64,000 nt of DNA from Hyphochytrium catenoides (taxonomy: Eukaryota; Protista; Hyphochytriomycota), in contig FLMG01000540.1 of the NCBI GenBank assembly GCA_900088475.1, forward strand, positions 62,001 to 126,000, given 5' to 3'. A program made the translations under genes and the position numbers. A model generated the notes under the pieces. It had not been told where the DNA came from. It worked only from the letters and a program-made list of their open reading frames with translations, and made no database searches. Of this stretch, positions 51,746 to 64,000 are shown piece after piece; positions within the stretch are counted from its first letter, which is position 1, and each line of letters begins with the position of its first letter.

Positions 51746-52533
51746 TGCCCTGGGCGCGCAGATATTGAGGTTTCTGCGGACCCCAAAGAAAAGTTCAGAC
51801 TGGCAAAACACCAACGGATAGCGCTCCTCGAAATTTGCGCGCCACGATTTCAGAAGAAGCTCAAATTTGATTTTCGAGGTGATAATACGTAGTGTTTTCG
51901 CACACTCTGCTTTCTTTTCATCTTTATCAGATATCCCCTGTAAAGCGAGGGCGTGTCCTTATCTGCTTGAGGTTGCCCTCGCCCTAAGGCCTTATAGAGT
52001 GCGAGTTTCGAGGAAGCCCCGAAAACAGAATACTCCAATAATGCATTAGTAACGTGATCAGAATCCTTCCTCCCAACTCCTTTGGAGAAATATAGAATCT
52101 ATCCTTATCCTTGCAGTTCCTACAAGCAGAAGAGCGACGACTGTCTATTGCCTATCACACTACTATCAGCTATCAGAACCCCCAAAACCGTTTTTGCAGC
52201 TCTTGACATAGAATCCAGGGGGCGGACTGGACCTCTCTTGGGATGTATTGTCTTTAAAAAGCTTGCAAAATCTTTGGTGCGAAATCTGCAATCCTGATGA
52301 TGATGGGCTGAATGAGATGATTGCTATGTTTGGATGACCCGAACTACGTCCTGACGCCACCTGCCACCGCCCTCACGCTTCCAAGTTATGCAACTGCAGC
52401 ATCACTTTGAAGACAACCTCTCCCAAGATGTGGACGTGGACTCTATGATGGCGAAAAGAGGCGCCTTCACTCGGATAAGGTCTTCAGCCTAGGCACGTGG
52501 CTTTCCTCGATCCTTGAGAACCCCGGTGTTCCA

Positions 52534-53871
52534 ATGACTTCAGGCAGGTTACTTTGTGGTTTGAGCAAAGCTATTGTTCTGCGAACTGTGTCCCAAAGGA
52601 TAGGGTTAGGACAATGTTGGAGGAGACCTCACTTCCCGTCTCACAGCGATAGAACTCGACAGTTTGTTATGAGGTGGGTGTCTGATTGGATGTTGCTCCT
52701 CTGGCTAAAGAACCTCATGAACTACTGCCAGACCACAGGGACTTCATGGAAGAGACTGCATCCATTGCCACCCGACGAGCACCATTCATCCGGATGCCAT
52801 TATACATCCATCAGCAGTTATCGAGGCCAACACTTTCGTAAGTTGCTAGCGATGATGAGGATGTATTGTGCTAACAGACCTGTAGATCGGTGCAGGAACC
52901 ACTATCAGTGCCAACTGTACAATCGGAGAGGATGTGGTCATTGCAGAGGGGTGCCAAATTGGTGAGTGTTAGCTGCGTCTCCGTCCGCTCAATCAGAATT
53001 GTAACTCTTCCTTGTAGGGAGTAATGTGACTCTTCAGAATTGTCAAGTAGGGAGCAACGTTACAATTCACCCAGGAGTCAGAATTGGCCAGGTCGCCAAA
53101 ATCATCTTCTATAGTGAATCCCTCAAAATAACAGTATACCGCTGCCCGTAACAGGATGGCTTTGGCTTCATCCTGGCTCAGCACGGCGGTAGTCACGCGA
53201 AGAAACCTCAACAGCTCCTGGTCATTATAGAGGATGACGTCGAGATTGGGTAAGGGCCGGGACGACATATCATCGACGTCAGGATTCAAGAGCTGACCTT
53301 CCATCCCCCTGGCAGAGCTAATACCACAATTGACCGAGGCAGCTGGCGAAACACCATCATTGGAAAGGGATGCAAACTAGATAATTTGGTACGCGCTTGC
53401 CTGTCTAGCCTTCATCGTAGAGGGCTGAACGTCATGCTCACGCACTTATTATCACCAGATTCAGATTGGACATAACACGCAACTGGGCACGGACTGCGTA
53501 ATAGCAGCACAGACAGGGATTGCAGGTTGGAAACTCCATAGCTGTAACTCTCAAGGCGAAGGGTTTGACGACATTCTTAACCTAGGAAGCGTCACAGTGG
53601 GAAATAGAGTATTTATTGGGGGTCAGGTTGGCATAATTCAGCACCTCCAGATAGGAGATAACGTCCGGATCGCTGCAAAAAGTGGTGTTACTCAGAACTT
53701 AGCGCCAGGCCAAGACTATGGTAAGTGTCTTACTATGCCTGCACCTTTCCTCTTCTAATCGACAGCTGACATGCTGAGTGGTTAGGAGGACACCCGGCGG
53801 TACCAATCCGTGACTATCATCGCCAAGTGATTGCGTTGCGAAAGCTAAGCAAGGGACGGACCACTTTTTAG
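52534..53871 (+). CDS. lpxD: UDP-3-O-acylglucosamine N-acyltransferase LpxD, eukaryotic form with presequence (spliced)
   Basis: Hexapeptide repeats; IHPGVRIGQ|DGFGF...KKPQ...VIIEDDVEIG|ANTTIDRGSWRNT...KLDNL|IQIGHN (catalytic His); GGQVG; YG|GHPA. Confidence 0.95.
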
Positions 53872-54008
53872 TTCAACAGGGCAGGGAACTATTATTATTT
53901 TCATGACTCATAAATATTAACGCGGGGAACGCACTTACAAGGTGCGCCTAAAACAGCAGAGTGCCTACTCAACGGAAGCGATGACTAGGGCACTCGGTTT
54001 ATTTACAT

Positions 54009-57000
54009 CTAAACGTCCGAGGACTGATAAGGAGCAGGTGGTTGCGCGCTCTTTGGGATGTGCGAGCGCATTCTATGTTTATAGCCCAAGAAGCAGAGGA
54101 TTCCGAGTACCACAGCTATGCTCACAGATGCAAGAATAATCATCCAGAGCTTCCAGCGTGACGGCCCAGATTCATCGAAGCTAGTCATCTGTGGTCCTTC
54201 GGCTCCAGCCGTAGCAGAGCAAACTATTGAATATTCCTGTTGACCTCCAACTTTGATAGAGGCTCCTTTGACGACAACTTGAAATAGTCGCAAGCGGCCT
54301 GCGACAAGACTGGGTCTAAGAAACGATAAGGGTGCAACAAGAACTCATTTGTTTTGGCGCCTTACCCGGAGAAGTTGGCGGGATGTCCACCATCTCATGA
54401 TTGTTTACGGAATCTCTCCCGTTAATTGCGCCTACTGGCGTGAAAGTTTGAAGGACGGCCTGATTGGCATCCACTTCTTCAACCCTCAAGTCAATGTCAT
54501 TGACAAGAACCTTATCACAGCTTCCAACTGCAGAGCTTGGTGGATCTACATCGAAGGAATCGGAACCAGAACAACTGTCTAGATTTCAAGCGAGATGCAC
54601 TCACCCGTCCACGTAATAACCACTCGAAAGCCGACTCCCGAGGGGTAGCCGGCCATCAGATACTTCTGGGTGGCCCCGTCAGCAATCTTGGGGGTCATCG
54701 TAGCGTTGGGCAGGAAGAAAAGCGCAGTTCCCTCTTTTGGCTTCATCAAGTTGGCCATATTCACTCGCCCAAAGCCTTGGAAATTATCGCCTTGCGTGGT
54801 GGACTTTGTATTTGACTCGATGTTGCTGCAGCTGCCACTGGTTGGGAGCCGTGGATACCAAGCCTTAAGAGGAATCGTTGAAAAAAGAAGAAACCCCCGC
54901 ATAAGTGAAGAAGGTACGTCTCTCAATGGTCTCCCATTCTCGGCATAGCGACCGGTGGCAAGCCATTCTTCTAGGATCGCAGCAAAGCCCGCACAAGCAG
55001 GACATGCCATTGAAGTCCCCACAAGCTCACAGACAGCTTCAATCACAAGAACTCTATTAGGGTTGATTCTAAGGTGCACGGGACGACAGAGTTAGCACCA
55101 ACCTGCTGTTTCTTGAGGTCGAGGGCCTAGGGCCTGGGACATCGCAGAAACAATTGCGTATCCTGGACAAGCAATTTCAGGCTTACGCCTGCCGTCAGGC
55201 GCCGGCCCTCGAGATGAGAAGAATGCTAGCCCATTCTCATTCACACCGGGGCAGCCCCTAGAGCCAAACGACTGCTGCCTGTTTATTGACGCCCCAATGG
55301 CAAGCAGATTTTTACCGTCCGCAGGGCTCCCGATGAGACCACCCTTGCAGTTCGGTCGAAGAGGGTTCTGGTAGGAAAAAATGCGGAAATACGAGGTAGA
55401 GATGAGAAAGAGGTTACCAATTTCGAGGGCAGAGACTCAGCTCAATCGAGAGAATTGGGTCCAGACACCCAGGGGAGAGACTGTAGTCCACAGTAGAAGG
55501 ACTACACTTGTACCTCAGGGTCTGCGGGCTCCAAGGTTCCGTCGCCATCGTTGCCGGCAGCGATCAGCACCAAAAGGTTAGGATTGCGGTAGAGGTACTC
55601 GTCCATATCAGCAGAGAACTGATTGTACACTGGAGACGCTCCACCCCAAGAGAATGAGATGATCTTGGCACCTGCCTTCACGTGCGGGCCGAAAAGAGCT
55701 GCATGAAAACAGAGGGTTGGCCCACGTGTGGTGCACTCAAACGACAAAGGAACAATCTATCGTCCGTAAGCTCGTTCATACCGACCTTGCATGTCTTCCG
55801 GTGCTGCAAGAGTCACCACTCTTGGGCTTCTAAGAAGCCCAACGTCCATGAATGAAAGTTTGGCATTATAGGCCATTCCGGAGCGATTATTGAACTTCAA
55901 CCCATTGCCTAGCGCGATGCCCGAAACATGAGTGCCATGGCCACATATCCCATTGCCTTCGGCTTCGTCAATATAATTGCCTTTTGCACGCAATAAAGAA
56001 AGAGTCAGACCATTGTGTTGAGACGATGATAGGAATCTCCAATGAGAGCATTATCTCAATATGACAGACCTGAAGCTGTCACGTACTGGACAATCTTCCG
56101 GGCTGACTTATCCACTCTTTCACGTGGCACTTCGCCGCCTGGCGAAGGGATGAACTGATCGTGGAGGAAATAGAGTCCCGTATCTGCTATACCAATTACC
56201 ACCCCGCTGCCCGTAAGATTCTTGGCATAAGCCATATCCAGCCCCATCGCTAAGGAAGCATTGCCATCCAAGCGCCGCCTTCTCGATGGGATGTCCAGCT
56301 CCTGGGGTTCCTGGCAGACATAGAGTGAGAATAAGGTTACAAAACTGTAGATAGAGGGGCGGTAGAAGCGGTTCACCGCAGCCATGACATGCAGGTACTA
56401 CCTTCACATACTCCACAGAACTGACAGCCCTAAGCTTGAAGGCTCTGATGGCTGGCTGAACACCCTTCACAAACCCTAGCGACGATAGCTCAGCCAATGC
56501 GCTTTGTAGGTATAAGGGGTTCTCTACTTCCGCGGTGTCGATGTAAAGTTTCTTTCCGCTGGAGGAGATCTGGACTAGGTTCTGCATTCCTAAGTTATTC
56601 TCTAGCAAGCTGTTTAGCTGCTTCTGAACTAGCCCTGCATCGTCCCTGACTGCAGAGTTCAAGCGGATCTCAAGCATACCCTTCCAGCTAGAATCACCAA
56701 GGGACCGTATTGTTGCGTCGGACAGCTTGTAGACATCTGGCTTCTCCGTTACGTAATCTACCTCCTCTCGCGCTGCGATGGCTTGCTTCTGTTCGTCGGA
56801 AAGCACAACCTCGAATACAAAGCTAGTTTCTGGAACGTAATGCAAAGCTCCGACCCCACCCACTTCTTTCGCTAGCCAGAACTGAAAGTCTACGCTATTA
56901 CTATTCTCCTTCACCTTTACCAGATACGACGCCGGCTGCTTAGCGAGAGCTGTGAAGGACTGGGGCCTATCGCCACCCGTGGTTCTAACACCTACGCTAG

Positions 57001-57577
57001 GACCTTTTAATTGGCCTGCAATCACAGTAGAAAGAAGTGAGTTATAATGGTGAAAGCCATCCACTAGTTGGGCCAACCCAAGGAGCTTACCCAAGAAGCA
57101 AGAGCTCTTAATGCAGTCCCCCGTGGCGCAATGAGCCAGTACACTTTTTTTCTGAGACGTCAGTTGCTCAGCCCCTGCAAATGCAGAAGCAGGTTCTTCT
57201 CCTAACTGGACCATGGCATCACCACACTTGGCGAGTAGTAGTCCCTCACTACCTTCGTTTGCAGTCAGATAACGGCTGACCATTGACCCGTCCTGGGTCC
57301 GGGGGTCATGACAGGCGCAGTATTTCTCACAGAAGGTGGCTTTGATGGAAGATGTCACGCTGCCGCTGCCGGAGCCGCAATAGTAATTGCAAGCGTTGTT
57401 CAAGTCACTCCAGACTAGGGAGCTGGTAGAAGAGACAACCGCGTCTACCAGTATATGGGCTAGGTCATCCTTCACTTTGCACAGCTGGAGTGCCCGACTG
57501 CTGCGTAATGACAATGCGCCCACTAGGGCCGTTATCAACCGGTAGCAAGCGCTCGGCCTGGGTCTCATAGAAGCCAT
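54009..57577 (-). CDS. Membrane-anchored subtilisin-like S8 protease, Kp43-type (spliced)
   Basis: Catalytic motifs VIGIADTGL (D), GHGTHVSG (H), AAGNDG (N) and GTSMACP (S); QGFGRVN; post-catalytic beta domain; C-terminal TM segment LWMIILASVSIAVVLGILCFLGY; N-terminal signal-like peptide. Confidence 0.92.
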
Positions 57578-60507
57578 CAGGGACTTCTCACTGCCCTTTG
57601 CGGGCCTGTAGCAGCTCAAGAGCTCAAGGATAGATTCTTTAGATACAGATATTGGGGCTTTGTCATCATCCAAATCTGAGACAGAATCGAACGAAGCCTA
57701 CTCCCAAAGCAATGAAGCGATAATGGAGCTCACAATCATGGCAATAGCTCTGGAGAATCGACGTAGAGGTTGAATGAGCTCAACAAAGACACAAAGGCCA
57801 GCGGCTCCCCCGCGGACGGCGCTCCTATGATCTCCGCTTTGGGCTCTGAGGAGTACGATGTAATATAAGAGGAGCGGCCACTTGAGAGAATGCGGAGTCC
57901 ATGCCAGAGGAATGACCACCCTCTCTACAAGTCCGACAGAGTATGGACGTACACTCAATGAGCACAAGAAGTTGCTTCTGAGGCGCGTACGTCGGAGAGA
58001 CAGAGTGGGAGTAACAGAAAGAGCAGCCAGAAAGGAGCCAGAAAGGAAGAAGACTGTGAAGGGTAGGGGACAAGATGTGAGGGGTGTAGGGAGCTGGAAG
58101 ATCTTTAGGAACTGGCCACTGTGAGACCCACAGCCTAAGACCAAGATGACCGGTAACCGCTCAGAACGGTGCTGATGATCGTCAGGTCAAGACTTCATAA
58201 GAAACTCAAGGAAATAATTCGCCTTTGTAAGCCTAAATCCTAGTTTATTTAGTAGGAACTCTGAGTCATGGAAAGTATCAAACATATTTCCATTGTTTCC
58301 ATTGGGTTGAATGGAGTCTTGGGAGGAGTGGGCGGACCACAATACTGATAACACCACTTGTCTCAGCAGCACCAGCACAGAGGAAAGTGATGGGGAGAGG
58401 AAGGTCCTGTGCTTCGTGATGCAGTTTAGGATATTTAGCCAACTGATGTCCTGGACTTTGTTTCTGTGTTCAAGGAGCTGTTCAAGGCCTTATTTATCCC
58501 TTTCTGTGATAATAGGTGCTACATAAATTTTATATAAATAGTATATCTTCGTGGACATATTCGCATATTCGTGTGGTTGAATTCATACCCTTTACTAATA
58601 GTAATGTCTGTTGAAATATAAAGGCCACATCAAAGGTAAAATGAAGTAATAATACGTAACCAAAATAAAAACATAACAATAATCCCATGCTCCTCCATCA
58701 TCAGGGCGGTCCAGCTAAAGCTTCTAGGAATAAAACCAAGACTCCAGTAAGATAGGTTTTATAACGGGAAAATATCCTTCACTAATATTTTAAATTGGCT
58801 GTCCTTTCAGTCTCCCTAGACGTCACGTCACTGGTCCATAGAAGGAACAGAACTATATGTACCTTCTCAATGTTTTTTTTCGAGTTTGTGTAGTAACTAA
58901 GGCCTTATGCTTTGTCCTGAAACTTTATTTGAGTGCCAATTCTCCATACAAACTCCACTTCAACTTGCCACCTTCTACTGTTGCAGGTTATTCAACAAGC
59001 AGCAGGATGATCACCAGATGGATAATAGCCTGTGGCTCATGACGCTTGGGAACCCAGCCATTGGTTAGCACGTTAGCACGCACAGAGGTCCAACTAGTTC
59101 TATGTCTCCCTCAAGCTACTCGTAGTGCTGCCAAATCGTGTGATTCGTCGTACAAGTACAGTAGACATAAACTGAGCCTTTCACCCTCTCATCATCCTGG
59201 ATGGCTTCACTCCTCCATTCTCTTTCAACAGGGGCGCGCGAACCTCGAGCCCTAGCAAAAGATGTTATGAAGGGGCATCGTTAGAACTTCCTACTAGTAA
59301 TATTCTAGAAGTCAGCTATGATTGTTCTTCTTCTAATAATGGTGGTGGAGTGGGGAATATTTGAGAGTCGAGACTGTGTAGCTCCTGCTTCATTCGTTGT
59401 TTTTTCCTCCTTCTTGTCCTTGCTTTTATGAATAGTAGGGCTTGATCTCTTGCAGCGGATAATGAGAAACATAAAGACTCTCTTCATTATAAATGTATTC
59501 ATCATGGACTTCCCTGACGTTCATGATAGGACGATGATCTCAATTGCCCACAGATTTCTGAAAACAGAGAGATCAGTCTGCAATAGACGGACAGGAGGGA
59601 CACTTGATTGCTGATTGAATACGACCCATTACTCTGATATTGGGTATGATTGCCACCATCAAGAAGGCGGTAAGAAAGACTTTGACTTGCCGTCTCCCCC
59701 CATCTTGTCCCATGCTGCTAGACACAAGAAGGACACAAAAGAAGCACACGTGGGGCTTTCGGCCATTGTTGATGAATAAGCTTCCGCAATGATGATCAGC
59801 AGCAGAGGCCGGGCAAAGAAGGCTTAGCACGCATGATAAGTCTAAGAAATTGGTAAGTAACAACATAACCTCTATATTCCTGATGGAAGGATATATGATG
59901 GCATCTATACTGATTCCAAAACGAATAATTCCAAATTCGCTTCCGCTTGAAACGGACGGGAGGAAGTAGAAGAAAAGTATACAAAATGGATGACACAACG
60001 CTGACCTTTCGCGACCAGGAACTTTCAGAGCCGATCATCCAGCCTGCTGCTGATGACCAAGGAGAGGGCCTGGACACCTAACGAACAGAGTGTAAGGAAG
60101 GATCGACTACGAGGACGAAGAGATCATTAGTTCTATCTACGGACCTTGATACCTGTTGTCCTGATGCCCTGACGGCGAACTTATGATGAGTCAAGCGGAA
60201 AGGGAGGAGGAGAGTTACTACTGCACAAGGCAGTAAGTCTGGAGCCTCCTTCATTGTCTTATCTTGCACCGCTGGACGTATTCATGCTGTGGTCGGAGCT
60301 GAGTGACCGTCGACTTCACACCTCCAGCCAGGAGTGCTGCTGCAAGAAGGATTCTCTATCTGGAATGACATGGGGACAGTGAACACTCCTAAACCCCTGA
60401 ACTCAGCACCGCACCGAAGAAAAGTGTTCGTCAGATTGTCCGATTTGGGCGTTCACTCCCTTAGCTAGTTGCGTCATTCTTAGCTCATGCATCAGTAGGC
60501 AAAGAAG

Positions 60508-61034
60508 ATGGATTTGGTTTCACTGCAGCATCAGCCCCGTTCTAGAGGGAAGAAAGAGGTTAGATAATAGCACCTTTCCCGCTGTGTTGCTTCCGACTGA
60601 CACTTGTTTCCCCCAGGTAGCCAGAAAAGCTAAACTTGACGACGGTCCGGAGTCTGTCGCAGAAGTGCGACTGTCCGAAGCCTTGGAGAGGCTGGACAAG
60701 GCTAAGGCGGAGAATGAAGTCCTCAGGAAAAAACTTGAACATGCACAGAGAGACATCTTAGAATTTACCTCTTTCTTGGACTTTGAAAAGTTGACAAGGG
60801 ACTCAGAAATTTTAGCCCTCAAGGCTCGTCTTGGTGAGGCAGAGGCGAAGGCTGAAGCTAGACTCGCAGAGGAGATAGCCAAGTTTGAGAAGCAACAGAA
60901 AGAGAAGACAGTGCATTATGAGAACATGATTATAGAACTCCGGCTTAAGCTGAAGAAGGTATCGGGAGATCGTTGCACTTTCCCTTGTCTTTTTTGCTCC
61001 CTCTTCTGAGGTTAGTTTCGCAGTATACATACGT

Positions 61035-61072
<38 letters not shown>

Positions 61073-62838
61073 TTGTTTTCCGTCCTCTTTCTCTCTCTCT
61101 CTTCCCCCTACATTTGTCTCATCAGCTAGAGCGATATTAGCTTTGTGCACATCCTTACAGACAATGATATACATATGTCTTATCCTTGCGTTTCCCACTG
61201 CAGACTGAGGAAGACCTCGCTCGATTAGAAGGCTTCAGAAAGACAAAATATGTGATGGAGGATGCATTGAGAGGACTGGAGCAGCAGCTGCAAGATCAGA
61301 AAGCTGAGCACGAGAAGGAGATCCAGGAGCTTCAGGCGGCAGCAGCTGAGGAGAAACAAAAACTCATAGCAGAACACTATCGGTAAGTGATGAACACTCA
61401 TCTTATGCTTCAAAGGAACTTAACTTTCTTCCTGGATATGCATCTTCCCATCGACATGATACCATGCAACATGCTCTTCTAGGGCTTGTGTTGGTCAATC
61501 CACTATCATCTCTTTCCTGTCGGCTCCGCTGTCTGGTGGAGCCGTACGTCTTACCCTTCCTTTTTACCTTCCTCTTTCACTACTTCGCCGTACAATTTTA
61601 GCTAACGTGACTCCGTATGGCATGTTGGACTTTCCTCCCTTACCTGACCACACCAGATTTCTGTCGTGAAATCTCGTTCTCAACCTCTTTCATGCAGGCT
61701 TTTGGAGTCCACAAGAAGAGCAGCTAGGATTAATGGAGAGCAAGATAGAGGAGGTCTAGAGCCGGGTGCAACGGCATCTGCAATTGGGAAGGGGGTATGT
61801 TCCTTGCTTCGGCTACCTATAGCGCTTCCGTTAGCTTATTGCCCTCTGGATAGTCGTCAGGCTTGTGCTCTAGCAAGGATATCTATGAGCAACAGCAAGC
61901 CATTGACGGGCTACGGGAGGAGGTGAAGCGACTGCGAGTAGAGCTGGCTGTAGCTGCGGACAAAGAGGCAGAATATGCGAAGAGGACGCAGAGCCAAGGG
62001 AGAGAAATCAAGGAGCTGACAGCAAAGCTCGAAGCCCTTGCGCATGAGTCCAGGAATGTCTCTGCACATGCGCGCCAGGAGGTAGCCAACTTTTCCTTTA
62101 TGGCAATTAAGCGCGCTTTCTTTTTTGCCTTGATTTGGTTTTTGTTTGCAGTTTTGGGTCCTTTGCCCACGCTTATTACGCAGAGTTTCTCACCAAGTGC
62201 TTTTCCAGGCGGATGCCTCATTTCTTACTCTTCAGAAGCAATGTGCTTCAAAGGATTTAGATCTTGAAGCCTTGAAGGAGATGGTAAAGCTCAAGAACCG
62301 GGAGCTGCGAAATGTTAGGACTCTGGCTCAAGCTATTCTTGATCAGCGAACCGAGATAGAAGAGTTTCTCATTCAATGTTTAGATGATGTCAGACAAGCC
62401 AAGGCAACAGGGGTCGGACTCAATCTGGACAGTGAATTGCCGGTTAGATCCTTGCACGCTTCTGCATTCTTCCCGATCCTTTTGAGATCATGCCTGCTTG
62501 TCGTATTACCCTTGAAGGTCGTTTCATTCGTTGGCTGACCCTTCTCCTTATTGCTCACTTCCTTTCCGCCATCACGGTTATCTTTTCGCTTGGCGGGTCA
62601 CATTCGCAAACTTCCCTCTGAATAGGAGAGCGACTCATCTCGCTTCCCACAAATCCGGTCCCCCGTTCAAGGCACGAGCCAGGGGCTTAACGATGACAGA
62701 GATGCAGAAAAGCATAGAGTCAGGCTTCAAGATCTCTCCTGGACTGACAAGGAAAAAGTGCTCCGATTGCTGTTTGCCCGGATCAATGGAGCAATCTCTA
62801 GACGAATCCAAACGGATGTTGCGACTAGTCGGACATGA
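60508..62838 (+). CDS. BBOF1: Basal body-orientation factor 1 (CCDC176)-like coiled-coil protein (spliced)
   Basis: ELRNVRTLAQAILDQRTEIEEFLIQCL and VRLQDLSWTDKEKVLRLLFARING match the conserved C-terminal motifs of BBOF1. Confidence 0.85.
61038..61102. repeat. (CT)n microsatellite in a BBOF1 intron
   Basis: About 14 CT units plus a second short run. Confidence 0.9.
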
Positions 62839-62977
62839 GGGACGCTATCTTTCCCTCTTCCTCTTCGCGTCCTACGCTTTCCCTTATCCTCTCGCTGAGG
62901 CCCCCACCTCTTCTAACTCGCTGCGCTCAAGGATTAGAAGACGTATAATAATTTACTATTTATATATGCTGAAGACG

Positions 62978-64000
62978 TTAGAGAGGGGTATAGCTCGTCT
63001 TGGGCTCAAAGACAAAAGCTCTTCGCGGTTCGTAGGACGAGCCACTGCTCCCAATTGTACTCTGACTTAGAAGCGCAGCTTGAGGGGAATAGTCTTGTCC
63101 TTTCTCTTGAGAGTAGGGAGGAGAAGGAGGTCCTCCGCCATCATCTGAATCATAACGCAACGGATCATCGAACAATCCGCCGCCGTGGGTCCACCTACAA
63201 AAGCGGTTATTGTCAGTCTCTGGAGGCTCCGAGCGTAGCATAAGCAGGAGACTGGAAGTTACAGATAGCGACGTCGGCAATGTCAAGAAGAGTGGGATAC
63301 AATGGCAAGTGGAGGCTGCTAAGGCGATTTCATTCTTTACCTTGGCTGGTCAGGGTTAGCCCGGCCGCTTCTGTAGCCCAACGAATCCTTCTGGTTGTAT
63401 CCCGTGGTGCCCTCGGCCGCTGATGTTCGATGAGAGTTAATCACCTCGAAGAGTCCATAGTTCGGCAACCGCGTAGTCCCCGTAAGGGAAAGGCGCCTGC
63501 TATGGGCTAAGAAGAGGTAGTTGAGTTAGCCTCACCTATAGTCAGCTCAACAAGGGCTCTGACCACGAGAATAATGTTCCCCTCTGTAACTCACCTCCAA
63601 CACCACCACTCTTGGAGGTTATCATAAGGAGCAGCAATAAGGTGGGAAACACCTCCCAGAAGACGTTGACGAAGAAGTCATATACCGTCACATCCTTGTC
63701 AGAGGTTAGCTGGATAAGGGGTACCAGCCACCATTGGAGCCCGCTGCCCAGGTCATAAATGGACCGCGAGACAAAGAGACCGCAAAGAAAGGAGTTCAGT
63801 ATTCCCAGAGTCTGGACGGTTAGGGCGAAGCAGCAGAGTGGATTGAGGTCAGCCATGATGTAGCACATAGAGCCCACGTACTCTAGCGGGAAGGACTAGG
63901 GTCTATCCTAGTTAGGTCCTCTTTCTAATGTCATGCTTCTATCTCTATGACGCCTCTCTCAGGTTAGCTTCCGCTCTCATTGACTCTCCAAGTAAAGCTG
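62978..64000 (-). CDS. GPR137/TM7SF1-like (THH1/TOM1/TOM3-related) membrane protein, 3' part only
   Basis: TM segments LFVSRSIYDL and FWEVFPTLLLLLM, and a cytosolic tail with LFDDPLRYDSDD, resembling FFDNPRRYDSDD of GPR137. Confidence 0.78.

Noticed and set aside
51850-52038. PH-like start YRGYLIKMKRKQS upstream of the coiled-coil gene
   Set aside because: No following W..RWF strand and no in-phase exon found.
52993-53304. Protein-like 103-aa minus-strand ORF
   Set aside because: It lies antisense to conserved LpxD exons and introns, with no independent support.

Overview
This is gene-dense eukaryotic nuclear DNA in the standard genetic code, with many short (mostly 55-130 nt) GT-AG introns and two N-gaps. 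The ORF track therefore shows exon fragments; I spliced the genes by hand, and CDS coordinates are outer gene bounds. The gene set suggests a flagellated protist or alga, probably a stramenopile (inference): BBOF1, plant-type LpxD with a presequence, phosphoserine phosphatase with a presequence, a Kp43-type subtilase, EDR2_C and a type II SKP1. About 19 genes are supported: an acidic orphan, a large MABP-Sec7-PH ARF-GEF, MOG1, PSPH, SKP1-like, VPS2, EDR2_C, TIP30-like SDR, USP48-like, TPR-DnaJ, RPT5, GPN3, RPL9, a small membrane protein, a coiled-coil orphan, LpxD, an S8 protease, BBOF1 and GPR137-like. I recognised no CRISPR array, tRNA, rRNA or intact transposon, and no multi-gene novel system. 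The best leads are single-gene oddities: an MABP beta-prism fused to a BIG/GBF-type Sec7 plus PH domain, an ASK20/21-like SKP1, VPS2 with an N-myristoylation motif, USP48 with an added NZF finger, and an in-register 'ghost' of the RPT5 C-terminus inside its last intron.
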